A stretch of DNA of 46,060 nt from Litorivicinaceae bacterium (GTDB taxonomy: Bacteria > Pseudomonadota > Gammaproteobacteria > Pseudomonadales > Litorivicinaceae): the NCBI GenBank assembly GCA_049623565.1, contig JBMZTF010000001.1, positions 1-46,060 of the forward strand, in the 5' to 3' direction. Positions 1 to 10,038 of this stretch are shown piece after piece. Numbering within the stretch: position 1 is the stretch's first letter; each line of letters opens with the position of its first letter. A program made the position numbers and the translations under genes. The notes under the pieces were generated by a model that ran no database searches, had not been told where the DNA came from, and saw only the letters and a list, made by a program, of their open reading frames with translations.

Positions 1-1008
1 GATTTCGCCAATGATGATTGGCTGTTCGCCGGTTGATAGCAGTACTTTAGTGATTTCGGGTACATGTTCTGGGGTACAGAACATGATGAAACCAATGCCG
101 CAGTTGAAGGTTCTGAGCATTTCTTCCGCACCAACGTCACCCTGTGCCTCGAGCCACTTGAAAATAGCTGGAGGATGCCATGTATCGAGATCAATATATG
201 CGGCCAAATTCTCACTGAAAGAGCGGGGTAGATTCTCTTGAAATCCCCCGCCAGTTACATGCACTGCGCCCGTGACGTGGCCGGTTGCCATCGCTTTGAG
301 TACCGAGTTGACATAAATCCGAGTTGGCTGCATGACTGCATCCAGGACGGTTGTATCAGGGGTAAGTTGTTCTGTCTCCGGGTTGATTTCTGCATGCGCG
401 ATAATTTTTCGAATCAACGAATAGCCGTTACTGTGTGGCCCCGATGAGGCGAGGCCGATGATAGTATCGCCAGCCCTGACACCGCTACCGTTCAAGATCT
501 TTGATTCTTCAGCCACACCTACGCAAAACCCGGCTAGATCATAGTCACCGTCCTGATACATACCAGGCATTTCAGCTGTCTCTCCGCCCGCAAGCGCGCA
601 ACCAGCTAGCTCGCAACCATCAGCGATAGACGCGATCACAGATTCAGCAACATCAACATTAAGATGCCCTGTCGCGTAGTAATCCAGAAAAAATAATGGT
701 TCCGCGTTCGCGACGATTAGGTCATTTACGCACATCGCCACGAGGTCTTGGCCAATTTGACTGTGCCGCTGATAGTCGATGGCCAACTTTAGTTTAGTTC
801 CGACGCCGTCTGTCCCCGATATAAGGACCGGATTTTGGTATCCTTGTGGTAGCTTGAATGAGGCTGCGAACCCACCAAGGGCGCCCAGCGATTCCTTGCG
901 AGCGGTTCTTTTTGCGTGTGGTTTGATCCGTTCGACTAGCGTGTTTCCTGCATCAATATCGACACCAGCGTCTCGGTATGAGAGACCCTTCTGATGATCT
1001 TGGCTCAT
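1..1008 (-). CDS. purM: Phosphoribosylformylglycinamidine cyclo-ligase (AIR synthetase), 3' end runs off the window
   Basis: Missing from the ORF track because it has no stop in the window. Manual translation from ATG at 1008 gives MSQDHQKGLSYRDAGVDIDAGN...GTDGVGTKLKLA...GQDLVAMCVNDL...EPLFFLDYYATG...GGETAEMPG, all PurM signatures. Confidence 0.97.
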   Translation of the reverse strand, partial: MSQDHQKGLSYRDAGVDIDAGNTLVERIKPHAKRTARKESLGALGGFAASFKLPQGYQNPVLISGTDGVGTKLKLAIDYQRHSQIGQDLVAMCVNDLIVANAEPLFFLDYYATGHLNVDVAESVIASIADGCELAGCALAGGETAEMPGMYQDGDYDLAGFCVGVAEESKILNGSGVRAGDTIIGLASSGPHSNGYSLIRKIIAHAEINPETEQLTPDTTVLDAVMQPTRIYVNSVLKAMATGHVTGAVHVTGGGFQENLPRSFSENLAAYIDLDTWHPPAIFKWLEAQGDVGAEEMLRTFNCGIGFIMFCTPEHVPEITKVLLSTGEQPIIIGEI

Positions 1009-1084
1009 TGACTTTATAGCTTCCTGCGTGGATGGTTGCGGGAGTGTATCATTTGCCGCCTTACCAGAACCAATGCGAGATTCC

Positions 1085-2104
1085 ATGACAGCACGATTCA
1101 GTTTTCTTATCGCGTGTTTTCTATCGGCAACGGTCGATGCGCTGGAGTATCGCATTGATGTCAAAGAGCCTTCTCTGTTTAATGTAGAGGAGGCGATATC
1201 GGACACCATTAGGGGTGCTGCTGAGAAATTGACCGGGATCCCAGAAGCACAGATGCTCGGCGAATCCCCCGACCTCTTTAGTCTGTCCGAGGCGTTAGTG
1301 AACTCCTATGGTTATGACGGCGACACATTTATCGTTGACATCGATGTCGACGGACTGAAAGCCCGACTGGATACAGCCGGTATTGAGCTCTGGGAAACCG
1401 AGCGGCCCGAATTCCTGATTTGGATGACAGAGGAACGCGGCCTCGAGCGTTCAATGATCGGGCAGGAATCCAACTTGATTATTGACCGATTATTGGCGGC
1501 CAGTAAGCGTTTTGGTGTACCGATGCGCCGCCCATTGATGGATCTTGACGACACGCTTGCGTTGTCTCCTGCGGAGATTTGGGGCGAGTTTGCCGGGGCG
1601 GTGATGAATGCGTCCGCCCGTTATGGTATTGCCCGTGTTTTGGTTATTGGAGATCGTCCCGAGCGACAGTCCCTTAAATATTGGTTATTTGAATCTAGCG
1701 GGGAGTATCGCGCGGGCGAGATACCTGGCGTTGATGCTAATACGCGAGCCTACTCACTGATCGAGGTCGTGATGCGATACTCACGGTCAGTTTCTGAGAC
1801 GATACAACCGAAGGTAGTTCCTCAAGGTGAAGAGGGTAATTCGCTGATATCTTTCCAGCCCAGTGATGAGGTTGTTGCGGGGCAATGGACCGTCAAAGTT
1901 GAGTACAACGATGTGGTTCGCTTAATGGATCTGATTGATCATCTTGAAGCATCTGACGGGATCACGATACAGGCCACAGAGGTTCGGGCGACGGATGCGT
2001 CGATTGTACTTGACACAGAACTCTCGCTTGGCTCGATTGACGACATAGTGTCGTCTTTCGAGTCGATCCAATTCATTTCTCCGTTGGTGTATTCGCTTAA
2101 GTGA
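1085..2104 (+). CDS. DUF2066-like exported protein
   Basis: Signal-peptide-like N-terminus (MTARFSFLIACFLSATVDA). LW...RPEFLIW and P.MDLDD motifs. Typical position divergent from purM and upstream of hda. Start chosen at ATG 1085 (track ORF begins 1028). Confidence 0.7.
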   Translation: MTARFSFLIACFLSATVDALEYRIDVKEPSLFNVEEAISDTIRGAAEKLTGIPEAQMLGESPDLFSLSEALVNSYGYDGDTFIVDIDVDGLKARLDTAGIELWETERPEFLIWMTEERGLERSMIGQESNLIIDRLLAASKRFGVPMRRPLMDLDDTLALSPAEIWGEFAGAVMNASARYGIARVLVIGDRPERQSLKYWLFESSGEYRAGEIPGVDANTRAYSLIEVVMRYSRSVSETIQPKVVPQGEEGNSLISFQPSDEVVAGQWTVKVEYNDVVRLMDLIDHLEASDGITIQATEVRATDASIVLDTELSLGSIDDIVSSFESIQFISPLVYSLK

Positions 2105-2796
2105 TCCATCGAAAGCAACCAATACAGGAGATCTTGAATCTCAAAAAGCCGACTGGATACTTGTTGGAATGCTGGGTTGAGACCGAGCAGAACCAAATGG
2201 TTGTATCCCATGTCCAGGAATCATTGGCTGGGGTTTCGTCAGAACTCTGGTTGCATGGTGCTCCGGGTGTCGGCAAGACTCATCTGGGGTTGTTGATCGC
2301 CGATCGTTTTGAGTTTGGCTATTACGACTGCGGCGACATAAGCGCTGAGATATCGCCTGAATTATTTGATTATCTTGATGTCGGATGCGGAATAGTTCTC
2401 GATCGCGTGGATCGGTGGTTGCGTCACTCGATCGCCGAGTCGGCCCTGTTCTCTTGGTGGAAGCGTAAACAGAATGGTTTAGTCTTGATTTCTGAGACCT
2501 CACCGCGAGCCGAAGGTTCTATAACTCTGCCCGACTTAGCGAGCCGAGCCCGTGCGTCGATGATACTACCCTTGGATGGTCTGGATGACGAGGGCCTCAG
2601 GTCCCTCTTCCGTTGTCAACTCGACCAGCGCGGAATTGAGTTACCGTCTGATGTGATTCGATTCTTGAGTCCGAGGCTTCCCAGAAATCCGGCTAAGTTG
2701 GTTGACTTGCTGAGCGCCATTGATCAAGAGAGCTTGCGTGATCAGCGAAAAATTACGGTCCCCTGGCTGAAACAGCTACTCTCACGGCTGTCATAA
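2101..2796 (+). CDS. hda: DnaA regulatory inactivator Hda (HdaA/DnaA family AAA+)
   Basis: Walker A GAPGVGKTHL, LPDLASR box, C-terminal RKITVPWLKQLL, 231 aa, conserved purM/DUF2066 neighbourhood. Confidence 0.85.
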   Translation: MIHRKQPIQEILNLKKPTGYLLECWVETEQNQMVVSHVQESLAGVSSELWLHGAPGVGKTHLGLLIADRFEFGYYDCGDISAEISPELFDYLDVGCGIVLDRVDRWLRHSIAESALFSWWKRKQNGLVLISETSPRAEGSITLPDLASRARASMILPLDGLDDEGLRSLFRCQLDQRGIELPSDVIRFLSPRLPRNPAKLVDLLSAIDQESLRDQRKITVPWLKQLLSRLS

Positions 2797-2822
2797 AATA
2801 CTGACATTATTTCCAGTATTTT
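2795..2822. promoter_or_regulatory. LexA (SOS) box upstream of recA
   Basis: TACTGACATTATTTCCAGTA = CTG-N10-CAG at 2801-2816, inside a 9-bp-arm inverted repeat AAAATACTG...CAGTATTTT. Candidate -35/-10 CTGACA(2826)-17-TACTCT(2849) just downstream. Confidence 0.85.
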
Positions 2823-2890
2823 CTGCTGACAGCGCGCTTGAACATCGTTACTCTAAAGATACAGGTCACACACACAAGAAGGGTATTTAA

Positions 2891-3934
2891 ATGGATGATA
2901 ATCGTCGTAAAGCTCTTGATGCAGCCTTAAGTCAGATCGAACGCCAGTTTGGTAAAGGCGCAGTCATGCGTATGGGGGATGCTCCCCGTGAGGCGATTCC
3001 AGCCATCTCGACTGGTTCGTTAGGACTAGACATTGCACTTGGAATTGGTGGTCTCCCAAAGGGTCGAATTGTTGAAATCTATGGGCCTGAGTCGTCGGGT
3101 AAAACAACGCTGACTTTGCAAACGATCGCGGAATGCCAGAAAGCTGGCGGTACAGCTGCGTTTATCGATGCCGAGCATGCGTTAGATCCATTATATGCCG
3201 GGAAATTAGGGATCAATGTCGATGATCTACTTGTGTCGCAGCCAGATACAGGTGAGCAGGCATTGGAGATCGCTGACATGCTCGTGCGTTCGGGTAGCGT
3301 TGATATTTTGGTCGTCGACTCGGTAGCGGCATTGACGCCACGCGCGGAAATAGAGGGTGATATGGGCGATACACATGTAGGTCTCCAGGCGCGACTGATG
3401 AGTCAGGCGCTTCGCAAGATCACAGGGAATATCAAACGCTCTAACTGTCTCGTCATTTTTATTAACCAGATTCGAATGAAGATTGGCGTCATGTTCGGTA
3501 ACCCAGAAACAACGACCGGTGGTAATGCACTCAAGTTCTACAGCTCGGTGCGTCTGGATATTCGCCGGATTGGTAGTGTGAAGCAGGGGGATGAGGTAGT
3601 CGGTAATGAGACCCGCGTGAAGGTAGTGAAAAATAAGGTGTCACCGCCCTTCCGCCAAGCAGAATTCCAAGTCATGTATGGGAAAGGCATCTATCACATG
3701 GGAGAAGTGCTTGACCTAGGTGTCCAGGAAGGTCTGGTTGAGAAATCTGGCGCGTGGTATTCCTATGACGGCCAACGGATCGGCCAAGGCAAGGCCAATG
3801 CTGCTCAGTTTTTGGATGAAAATCGGGCAACGGCTGACGGGATCGAGAAGATGCTACGGGACAAACTCCTGGCCTCACCGGTCCCAGCCGAGGACACTCA
3901 GGCAGATGTCACTGAGGAATCGCCTGAAGAGTAA
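2891..3934 (+). CDS. recA: Recombinase RecA
   Basis: [47 protein letters not shown]. Confidence 0.99.
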   Translation: MDDNRRKALDAALSQIERQFGKGAVMRMGDAPREAIPAISTGSLGLDIALGIGGLPKGRIVEIYGPESSGKTTLTLQTIAECQKAGGTAAFIDAEHALDPLYAGKLGINVDDLLVSQPDTGEQALEIADMLVRSGSVDILVVDSVAALTPRAEIEGDMGDTHVGLQARLMSQALRKITGNIKRSNCLVIFINQIRMKIGVMFGNPETTTGGNALKFYSSVRLDIRRIGSVKQGDEVVGNETRVKVVKNKVSPPFRQAEFQVMYGKGIYHMGEVLDLGVQEGLVEKSGAWYSYDGQRIGQGKANAAQFLDENRATADGIEKMLRDKLLASPVPAEDTQADVTEESPEE

Positions 3935-3975
3935 TTCCCTCAAACCAATTTTGCTTGGCGGGGACGACATTGATC

Positions 3976-4728
3976 ATGGACCCTGTGTTTTGGGGTCTCG
4001 CTCTGATTGGCCTACTCATCGTTGGGGTCTCCAAAGGCGGCTTTGGTGGCAGCCTTGGCATCGTTGGTGTGCCCTTTTTATCGGCAGCCATCCCAGTGAA
4101 TCAGTCCGCAGCGATAATGCTTCCTTGTTTAATTATCATGGATCTGGCAGGCCTGTATGGATGGCGTGGTCAGTGGTGTTGGGTGCAACTCAAGCGACTA
4201 TTGCCGGCTGCGGGTCTTGGTTTGTGTATTGGTGCGCTGAGTTTCCAGGTACTTTCGGAAAACTCCTTGCGAATCATGGTCGGCATGATTGGGCTTGGGT
4301 TTGGGATACAATGGTGGGCGGAGCATTTAGGACTCGGGCAGCCAGCCGAAAAGCCCGCTCCCGGACCGTGGCATACTAGATTTTGGAGCGCGATAGCGGG
4401 GTTCACAAGTTTTAGCGTACACGCGGGTGGACCCCCGCTCCAAGTTGCATTACTGCCTCAAAAACTCGAGCCGAAGACGTATGCGGCCACGACCGTCGTG
4501 TTCTTCACCGTTGTCAACCTAGCTAAAGTTTTCCCTTATTACTGGTTAGACCAATTTACGAATGATGTCTTGTGGACTGCGCTTATCCTTGCCCCGGTTG
4601 GCCCCTTTGCGGTACGGCTTGGAATTTACTTAAACCAGAGAATTCCGGCGCTATGGTTTTATCGGGTATGTTACTTCGGCTTGCTTTTATCAAGTGGACG
4701 ACTGCTTATTATTGGTATGACCACTTAG
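3976..4728 (+). CDS. Sulfite exporter TauE/SafE family membrane protein
   Basis: About 8 hydrophobic segments, GVSKGGFGG and GFTSFSVHAGGPP motifs. ATG 3976 preferred over TTG 3955. Confidence 0.85.
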   Translation: MDPVFWGLALIGLLIVGVSKGGFGGSLGIVGVPFLSAAIPVNQSAAIMLPCLIIMDLAGLYGWRGQWCWVQLKRLLPAAGLGLCIGALSFQVLSENSLRIMVGMIGLGFGIQWWAEHLGLGQPAEKPAPGPWHTRFWSAIAGFTSFSVHAGGPPLQVALLPQKLEPKTYAATTVVFFTVVNLAKVFPYYWLDQFTNDVLWTALILAPVGPFAVRLGIYLNQRIPALWFYRVCYFGLLLSSGRLLIIGMTT

Positions 4729-4808
4729 CCCTACGATGGTCACGTGCCTGTGATAACCTTTTTGGTGAATTATTCATATGAAACCGATGAACCGCAAAAG
4801 GTGATTCC

Positions 4809-6263
4809 ATGGAAACCGAACAGTTAGTCGGAGCATTAGCAACCGGTGTTCAAATTGACCGGGTCTTATTCTCAGAGCGAGATACGGCTCCCTACGAGTG
4901 TGACGGCCTGACGATGTTTAAAGCGAAGCCCAAGGTAGTCGTGCTTCCCGAGACACGTGAGGAGGTGTGTCACGTACTCAAGACCTGCAGGTCTCTCGGT
5001 GTGCCCGTTGTGGCACGTGGTGCGGGGACCGGATTATCAGGTGGCGCATTGCCACACACTGATGGAGTCCTGCTGGTAATGACTAAGTTCAGCAGAATTC
5101 TTGAGGTTGATGAGGATGCAAGGATCGCACGTGTAGAACCTGGTGTGAGGAATTTGGCGATTTCAGAGGCAGTGAGCCACCTTGGCTTGTACTACGCACC
5201 GGATCCGTCATCACAGATTGCCTGTTCGATTGGTGGCAATGTCGCAGAAAACGCCGGTGGGGTGCACTGCCTCAAGTATGGTCTGACGGTCCATAACGTG
5301 TTGTCGGTCACGGTCGCTCTGGATGATGGCTCAATCGAGACGGTCGGTTCTGATGCCCTAGATTCAGCCGGTTATGATCTCCTGGCCCTCACCATCGGAA
5401 GCGAGGGCCTGCTGGCGGTTGTTTTGGAGATCACGGTCCGCTTACTGCCAAAGCCTGAGGAAATGCGTGTCGTGATGGCCGCGTTTGATGACGTCACTAA
5501 AGCGGGTGACTCTGTTGGAGACATTATCGCTGCTGGAATTATTCCCGCGGGCCTAGAAATGATGGATGGCCCGGCGGTTGCCGCTGTTGAAGATTTTGTA
5601 AAGGCTGGATACCCACTCGATGCCGAGGCACTCCTTCTGTGCGAAGTCGACGGAACTAAAGAGGAGGTGACAGACGAGCTCGCTCGGGTTGAGACAATCC
5701 TGAAGAAGTCGGGAGCGACGATGCTCAGAGTAGCGACCAATGAGGAGGAGAGAGTTTTATTTTGGAAGGGCCGAAAGAGTGCGTTTCCAGCGGTGGGCCG
5801 AATTTCACCAGACTATTACTGTATGGACGGAACAATTCCACGTAAACATCTCTCTCTGGTATTGAGACGGATGCGTGAAATGTCGGAACGATACGGTCTG
5901 CGTTGCGCAAACGTATTCCATGCCGGTGACGGGAACTTGCATCCTTTGATCTTGTTTGACGCGAATGACCCTGAGGAAGTCAAACGAGCCGAGCACTTCG
6001 GCGCAGAAATTCTCGAGCTTTCAGTTGAGGTCGGTGGGACCATAACCGGAGAGCATGGTGTTGGTGTCGAGAAGATTAATGAGATGTGCGTTCAGTTCTC
6101 CCCCGATGAATTAACGCAGTTCCATTCCGTAAAGGCTGCTTTTGATCCCACTGGGATCTTGAACCCAGGCAAAGCGGTACCTACCCTGAATCGTTGCGCA
6201 GAGTTCGGAAAAATGCATATTCACCGCGGGCAGATTCCTCACCCAGAGTTGGAACGTTTTTAA
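4809..6263 (+). CDS. glcD: Glycolate oxidase FAD-linked subunit GlcD
   Basis: YECDGL, RGAGTGLSGGA, YAPDPSSQIACSIGGNVAENAGGVHCLKYG, HAGDGNLHP, GEHGVG, C-terminal PELERF. Confidence 0.96.
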   Translation: METEQLVGALATGVQIDRVLFSERDTAPYECDGLTMFKAKPKVVVLPETREEVCHVLKTCRSLGVPVVARGAGTGLSGGALPHTDGVLLVMTKFSRILEVDEDARIARVEPGVRNLAISEAVSHLGLYYAPDPSSQIACSIGGNVAENAGGVHCLKYGLTVHNVLSVTVALDDGSIETVGSDALDSAGYDLLALTIGSEGLLAVVLEITVRLLPKPEEMRVVMAAFDDVTKAGDSVGDIIAAGIIPAGLEMMDGPAVAAVEDFVKAGYPLDAEALLLCEVDGTKEEVTDELARVETILKKSGATMLRVATNEEERVLFWKGRKSAFPAVGRISPDYYCMDGTIPRKHLSLVLRRMREMSERYGLRCANVFHAGDGNLHPLILFDANDPEEVKRAEHFGAEILELSVEVGGTITGEHGVGVEKINEMCVQFSPDELTQFHSVKAAFDPTGILNPGKAVPTLNRCAEFGKMHIHRGQIPHPELERF

Positions 6264-7309
6264 TGTCCTTAGTTGAAACTTTATGTGATCGCCTCGCGGC
6301 CAAGAAACCGGTGGCCGTCGTTGGCGGGGATACTAAATCATTCTTGGCCGGCCGGTTGAAGGATGAGCCCTTATCGATGCATGAACATAGGGGAGTCGTG
6401 AACTATGAGCCAACAGAGCTCGTATTAACCGCAAAAAGTGGTACGACGTTGAAAGAGATCGAGGCATGCTTGAGTGATGCTCGTCAGATGCTGCCGTTCG
6501 AGCCTCCACGTTTGGGTGACCATTCCACGATTGGTGGGGTGATGGCGTCAGGATTTTCTGGACCAAGGCGGATGCATCTCGGCAGTGCACGTGATTGTGT
6601 GTTGGGTGTTCGCTTGATTAATGGGCTCGGGCAACACCTCAAATTTGGTGGTGAAGTTATGAAGAACGTTGCCGGATACGACTTGTCTCGATTGTCTGTT
6701 GGGGCGTTTGGTACTTTGGGTATTTTGACTGAGATTTCGGTCAAGGTATTACCAATTCCCGAAAAAGAGCAAACGCAGGTACTTGAGTGTACTCAAGCGG
6801 ATGCACTCGATACGCTTATCCGACTCGGGCGTCGTCCATACCCCATTTCGGCTGCGTCTTGGATTGATGGATTTCTCTACATCCGATTATCAGGCGCAGC
6901 AAGTGGTGTCGAATCTGCTGGTGCGGCGATTGGTGGTGAGACATTAAAAAAGGCCGACCAGTTTTGGTTCGGGCTTCGCGACCTGACTGCTAGCGAGTTT
7001 CATTCCTCTGATTACTGGCCTTGGAGAGTCTCGGTCGCACCGACCACACCAGCCAACGTATTGGATTCGTTCCGCTTTGATTGGGCCGGTGGACAGCGTT
7101 GGATTAGGGCTCCACGGAATGATTTTTCCCCCTTTGAATGGGCCGCGCGGCTGGGCGGGCACGCGACTTGTTTTTCGCGTGATCGTGAGTCGGGGACGGG
7201 TGTGCAGCCGCTCACATCTGGAATCCTCCGCCTGAATCAGCGTGTAAAGGAAGCGATGGATCCGTACGGTTTGATTAATCGTGGTCGTTTGTTGGAGGAG
7301 GCTCACTGA
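6263..7309 (+). CDS. glcE: Glycolate oxidase subunit GlcE
   Basis: YEPTELV, FGGEVMKNVAGYDLSRL, FDWAGGQRW. ATG overlaps glcD stop (TAATG). Confidence 0.95.
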   Translation: MSLVETLCDRLAAKKPVAVVGGDTKSFLAGRLKDEPLSMHEHRGVVNYEPTELVLTAKSGTTLKEIEACLSDARQMLPFEPPRLGDHSTIGGVMASGFSGPRRMHLGSARDCVLGVRLINGLGQHLKFGGEVMKNVAGYDLSRLSVGAFGTLGILTEISVKVLPIPEKEQTQVLECTQADALDTLIRLGRRPYPISAASWIDGFLYIRLSGAASGVESAGAAIGGETLKKADQFWFGLRDLTASEFHSSDYWPWRVSVAPTTPANVLDSFRFDWAGGQRWIRAPRNDFSPFEWAARLGGHATCFSRDRESGTGVQPLTSGILRLNQRVKEAMDPYGLINRGRLLEEAH

Positions 7310-8523
7310 TGCAAACCAATATTGTTGAGCGGTATGCCGATACAGACCAAGGCCGTGAAGCAGAGGCCATCCTCCGGAAATGTGTTCACTGTGGTTTTTG
7401 TACAGCGACCTGCCCGACCTACCAGTTACTTGGTGATGAACTCGATGGTCCGAGAGGTCGAATCTATCAGATTAAAGAAATTCTAGAGGGTGCGACGCCA
7501 ACTAAATCAACACAGACACATCTTGATCGCTGCCTAACCTGTCGGTCATGTGAAACAACTTGTCCGTCAGGTGTAGATTACGGTCGCCTGGCGGATATCG
7601 GTCGTAAAATCGTCGAAGACGAAGTGGGCCGCTCGTGGACGCAAAAATTAATCCGCAAGGTCCTAGTTGTGGTGATCCCGAATCGACGGTTGTTTGGTTT
7701 CCTAGTGAGAGTCGGGCAACTCCTTCGACCACTGATGCCAGGGAGGATAGGTACTAAAATCCCCCGGCGTGCTAAGCCAAGTGTGTGGCCGCGGTCTACG
7801 CATGCTCGAACCATGTTGGTGCTTGAGGCTTGTGCGCAACCCTCGGCGACCCCTAACGTGAATGCATCTGCTGCGCGCGTGCTTGACCGTCTTGGTATTC
7901 GGTTAATCGCTGCTAGAGAAGCCGGTTGCTGCGGTGCTGTGGCCCACCACTTAAGTGATCACGATCGGAGTCACGATGCGGTTAAGCGGAATATCGACGC
8001 GTGGTGGCCTTTGCTCGAACAAGGCGCTGAGGCGATTGTTATTACAGCATCCGGGTGTGGTGTTATGGTCAAAGAGTATGTTCATCTACTCCAGGGCGAC
8101 CCGCTTTATGCTGAGAAAGCAAGACGTGTTTCTGAGCTAGCCAAAGATATTTCCGAAGTGCTCTCGAGAGAGGATTTAGGCGGCCTAAAAGTCCGCGGCG
8201 CAGATACGATCGCGTTCCACTCACCCTGCACGTTACAGCATGGGCAGAAACTCAACGGCTTAACTGAGGGTATTCTGAGAGAGCTTGGTTTTGAATTGAG
8301 GCCTGTGCCCGACTCGCACCTATGTTGTGGGTCCGCGGGCACCTATTCGATCCTCCAGCCAGATCTCAGTAAACGACTCTTGAAAGATAAACTTAAAGCC
8401 CTCGAGGCGTCCGGTGCACCGACTATCGCGACCGCAAACGTGGGGTGCCAGCTCCACCTAAATACCGGAGCAAAAGCTCCGGTCAAACATTGGATCGAGC
8501 TGGTCGACGAGGTTACCGAGTAA
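7309..8523 (+). CDS. glcF: Glycolate oxidase Fe-S subunit GlcF
   Basis: MQTN start, CVHCGFCTATCP and CLTCRSCETTCP 4Fe-4S motifs, two CCG domains. Confidence 0.96.
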   Translation: MQTNIVERYADTDQGREAEAILRKCVHCGFCTATCPTYQLLGDELDGPRGRIYQIKEILEGATPTKSTQTHLDRCLTCRSCETTCPSGVDYGRLADIGRKIVEDEVGRSWTQKLIRKVLVVVIPNRRLFGFLVRVGQLLRPLMPGRIGTKIPRRAKPSVWPRSTHARTMLVLEACAQPSATPNVNASAARVLDRLGIRLIAAREAGCCGAVAHHLSDHDRSHDAVKRNIDAWWPLLEQGAEAIVITASGCGVMVKEYVHLLQGDPLYAEKARRVSELAKDISEVLSREDLGGLKVRGADTIAFHSPCTLQHGQKLNGLTEGILRELGFELRPVPDSHLCCGSAGTYSILQPDLSKRLLKDKLKALEASGAPTIATANVGCQLHLNTGAKAPVKHWIELVDEVTE

Positions 8524-9505
8524 GAACGACCTTGCCGATCGCCTCGCCTGATTCTAAGTAGGTATGTGCATCGGCAACGTCTTCGAATTCGAAGCGCTTC
8601 TGATCAATTATCGGGCGCAAATCGCCGTTTTCAGCCATTTCACAAAGCTTTTCGAGTCGTGGCCTGATGCTATGTCGATTCGTTGGATTCGCTACCTGGC
8701 CGACCAAGAAAACAACCTGAAGAGTTAGGCTTTTGGCATGCATTGGACTCAGGTCGTGTGTTGAGCGTGCCGCGATATTGACAATGGTACCGCCATAACG
8801 CGTCCCCTGGAAACTGGCATCCAGGTTATCGCCGCCCACCGTGTCAAATACGATGTCGTAGCCTTTGCCATCGGTATGTTGATTAACGTAATCCTCAACC
8901 GACAGGCCCCTGTACAGAATAGTTTCAGAGGCTCCAAGCTCACGAGCGTGAGCCGCTTTCTCTTCGTTACTTACCGTCGTGTGCACGGTTCCACCCAAAT
9001 GCTTGGCGATTTGAATCCCAACGTGGCCCACGCCGCCGCCGCCTGCGTGCACGAGAACCTTGTCGCCAGTTTTTACTTGTGCACGGTCAGCGAGAGCAAA
9101 CCAAGCTGTCAGGGAAACAAGTGGCAGTGCCGCGGACTCGATGAATGAGAAATTCTTTGGCTTTTTTGTGACCAACCGGGCATCGGTCAGCATTTTTTCG
9201 GCTAACGCACCCGAGGGGAGCCCATTAAACCCGCCCGCACAACCCCATACCTCATCACCTACCTGGAGGTGATCTACCCCCGGCCCAACTTCGGTCACGA
9301 TACCCGCCACGTCTCCGTGCAGCACGGCGGGGAATGGCGGAGTCGCTGGAGGGACTACCCCTGCTCGGATTTTTAAATCAATCGGGTTGACGCTTGATGC
9401 CTTAACATCAATGACGACTTGTCCTTCGCCTGCTGTGGGTTCAGGCATTTCGTGGAGAGAAAATACTTCGGGCCCACCGAAGCCCGAGATGGTCATCACT
9501 TTCAT
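8513..9505 (-). CDS. Zinc-independent MDR family NAD(P)H quinone oxidoreductase / alcohol dehydrogenase-like protein
   Basis: FGGPEV, ASSVNPID, VLVHAGGGGVGH, GKVVL. Start could be 9505 or 9526. Confidence 0.88.
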   Translation of the reverse strand: MKVMTISGFGGPEVFSLHEMPEPTAGEGQVVIDVKASSVNPIDLKIRAGVVPPATPPFPAVLHGDVAGIVTEVGPGVDHLQVGDEVWGCAGGFNGLPSGALAEKMLTDARLVTKKPKNFSFIESAALPLVSLTAWFALADRAQVKTGDKVLVHAGGGGVGHVGIQIAKHLGGTVHTTVSNEEKAAHARELGASETILYRGLSVEDYVNQHTDGKGYDIVFDTVGGDNLDASFQGTRYGGTIVNIAARSTHDLSPMHAKSLTLQVVFLVGQVANPTNRHSIRPRLEKLCEMAENGDLRPIIDQKRFEFEDVADAHTYLESGEAIGKVVLTR

Positions 9506-9551
9506 TGGCTTTTCATCCAGTTTCATTGTTACCAAGTGTTAGACTTGGACT

Positions 9552-10037
9552 ATGGCAATCGAATCAGTCGAGATCAATCTCAAAACGCAAATTTGTCGGG
9601 TTTTTAGGACCGACGGGGTGCTCGATTATCCTTGCTCGACCGCCCTGAATGGACCTGGTGAGCAAGAGGGCTCTGCCTGTACACCGCGAGGCGGCCACCG
9701 AATACGGGCTATCATCGGTCGTGGCCTGCCTGAAAAAGCAGTTCTCGTGGGACGACGTCCCACGGGGGAAGTCTGGACCGAGAAATTGCACGACTTGTAT
9801 CCCGAGCGGGATTGGATTTTAGCTCGTATCTTATGGCTCTGCGGTAACGAAATGGGTTTCAATCGGGGTGGACAAGTCGATAGCCAGCGACGTTATATTT
9901 ACTTGCATGGTACGCCGCCAACGGAACCAATGGGTGTACCAATGTCGCATGGATGCGTTCGCATGCGTCTTGAAGATATCTGTGACCTGGCAGATCAGGT
10001 CTCACCAGGCACCTTAGTTTCAATCGTGGAGTCCTGA
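9552..10037 (+). CDS. L,D-transpeptidase (YkuD family), stand-alone catalytic domain
   Basis: YIYLHGT...SHGCVRM catalytic motif and RDWILARILWL. Confidence 0.9.
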   Translation: MAIESVEINLKTQICRVFRTDGVLDYPCSTALNGPGEQEGSACTPRGGHRIRAIIGRGLPEKAVLVGRRPTGEVWTEKLHDLYPERDWILARILWLCGNEMGFNRGGQVDSQRRYIYLHGTPPTEPMGVPMSHGCVRMRLEDICDLADQVSPGTLVSIVES

Positions 10038-10038
10038 C

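Noticed and set aside
3720-4379. 219-aa alternative-frame ORF across recA/tauE
   Set aside because: Shadow ORF over two well-supported genes, with no recognisable motif.
4729-4808. Glycine riboswitch before glcD, and cobalamin/SAM riboswitch before the met or HupE genes
   Set aside because: Intergenic spaces are too short (80, 47 and 29 bp) and lack the conserved aptamer motifs.
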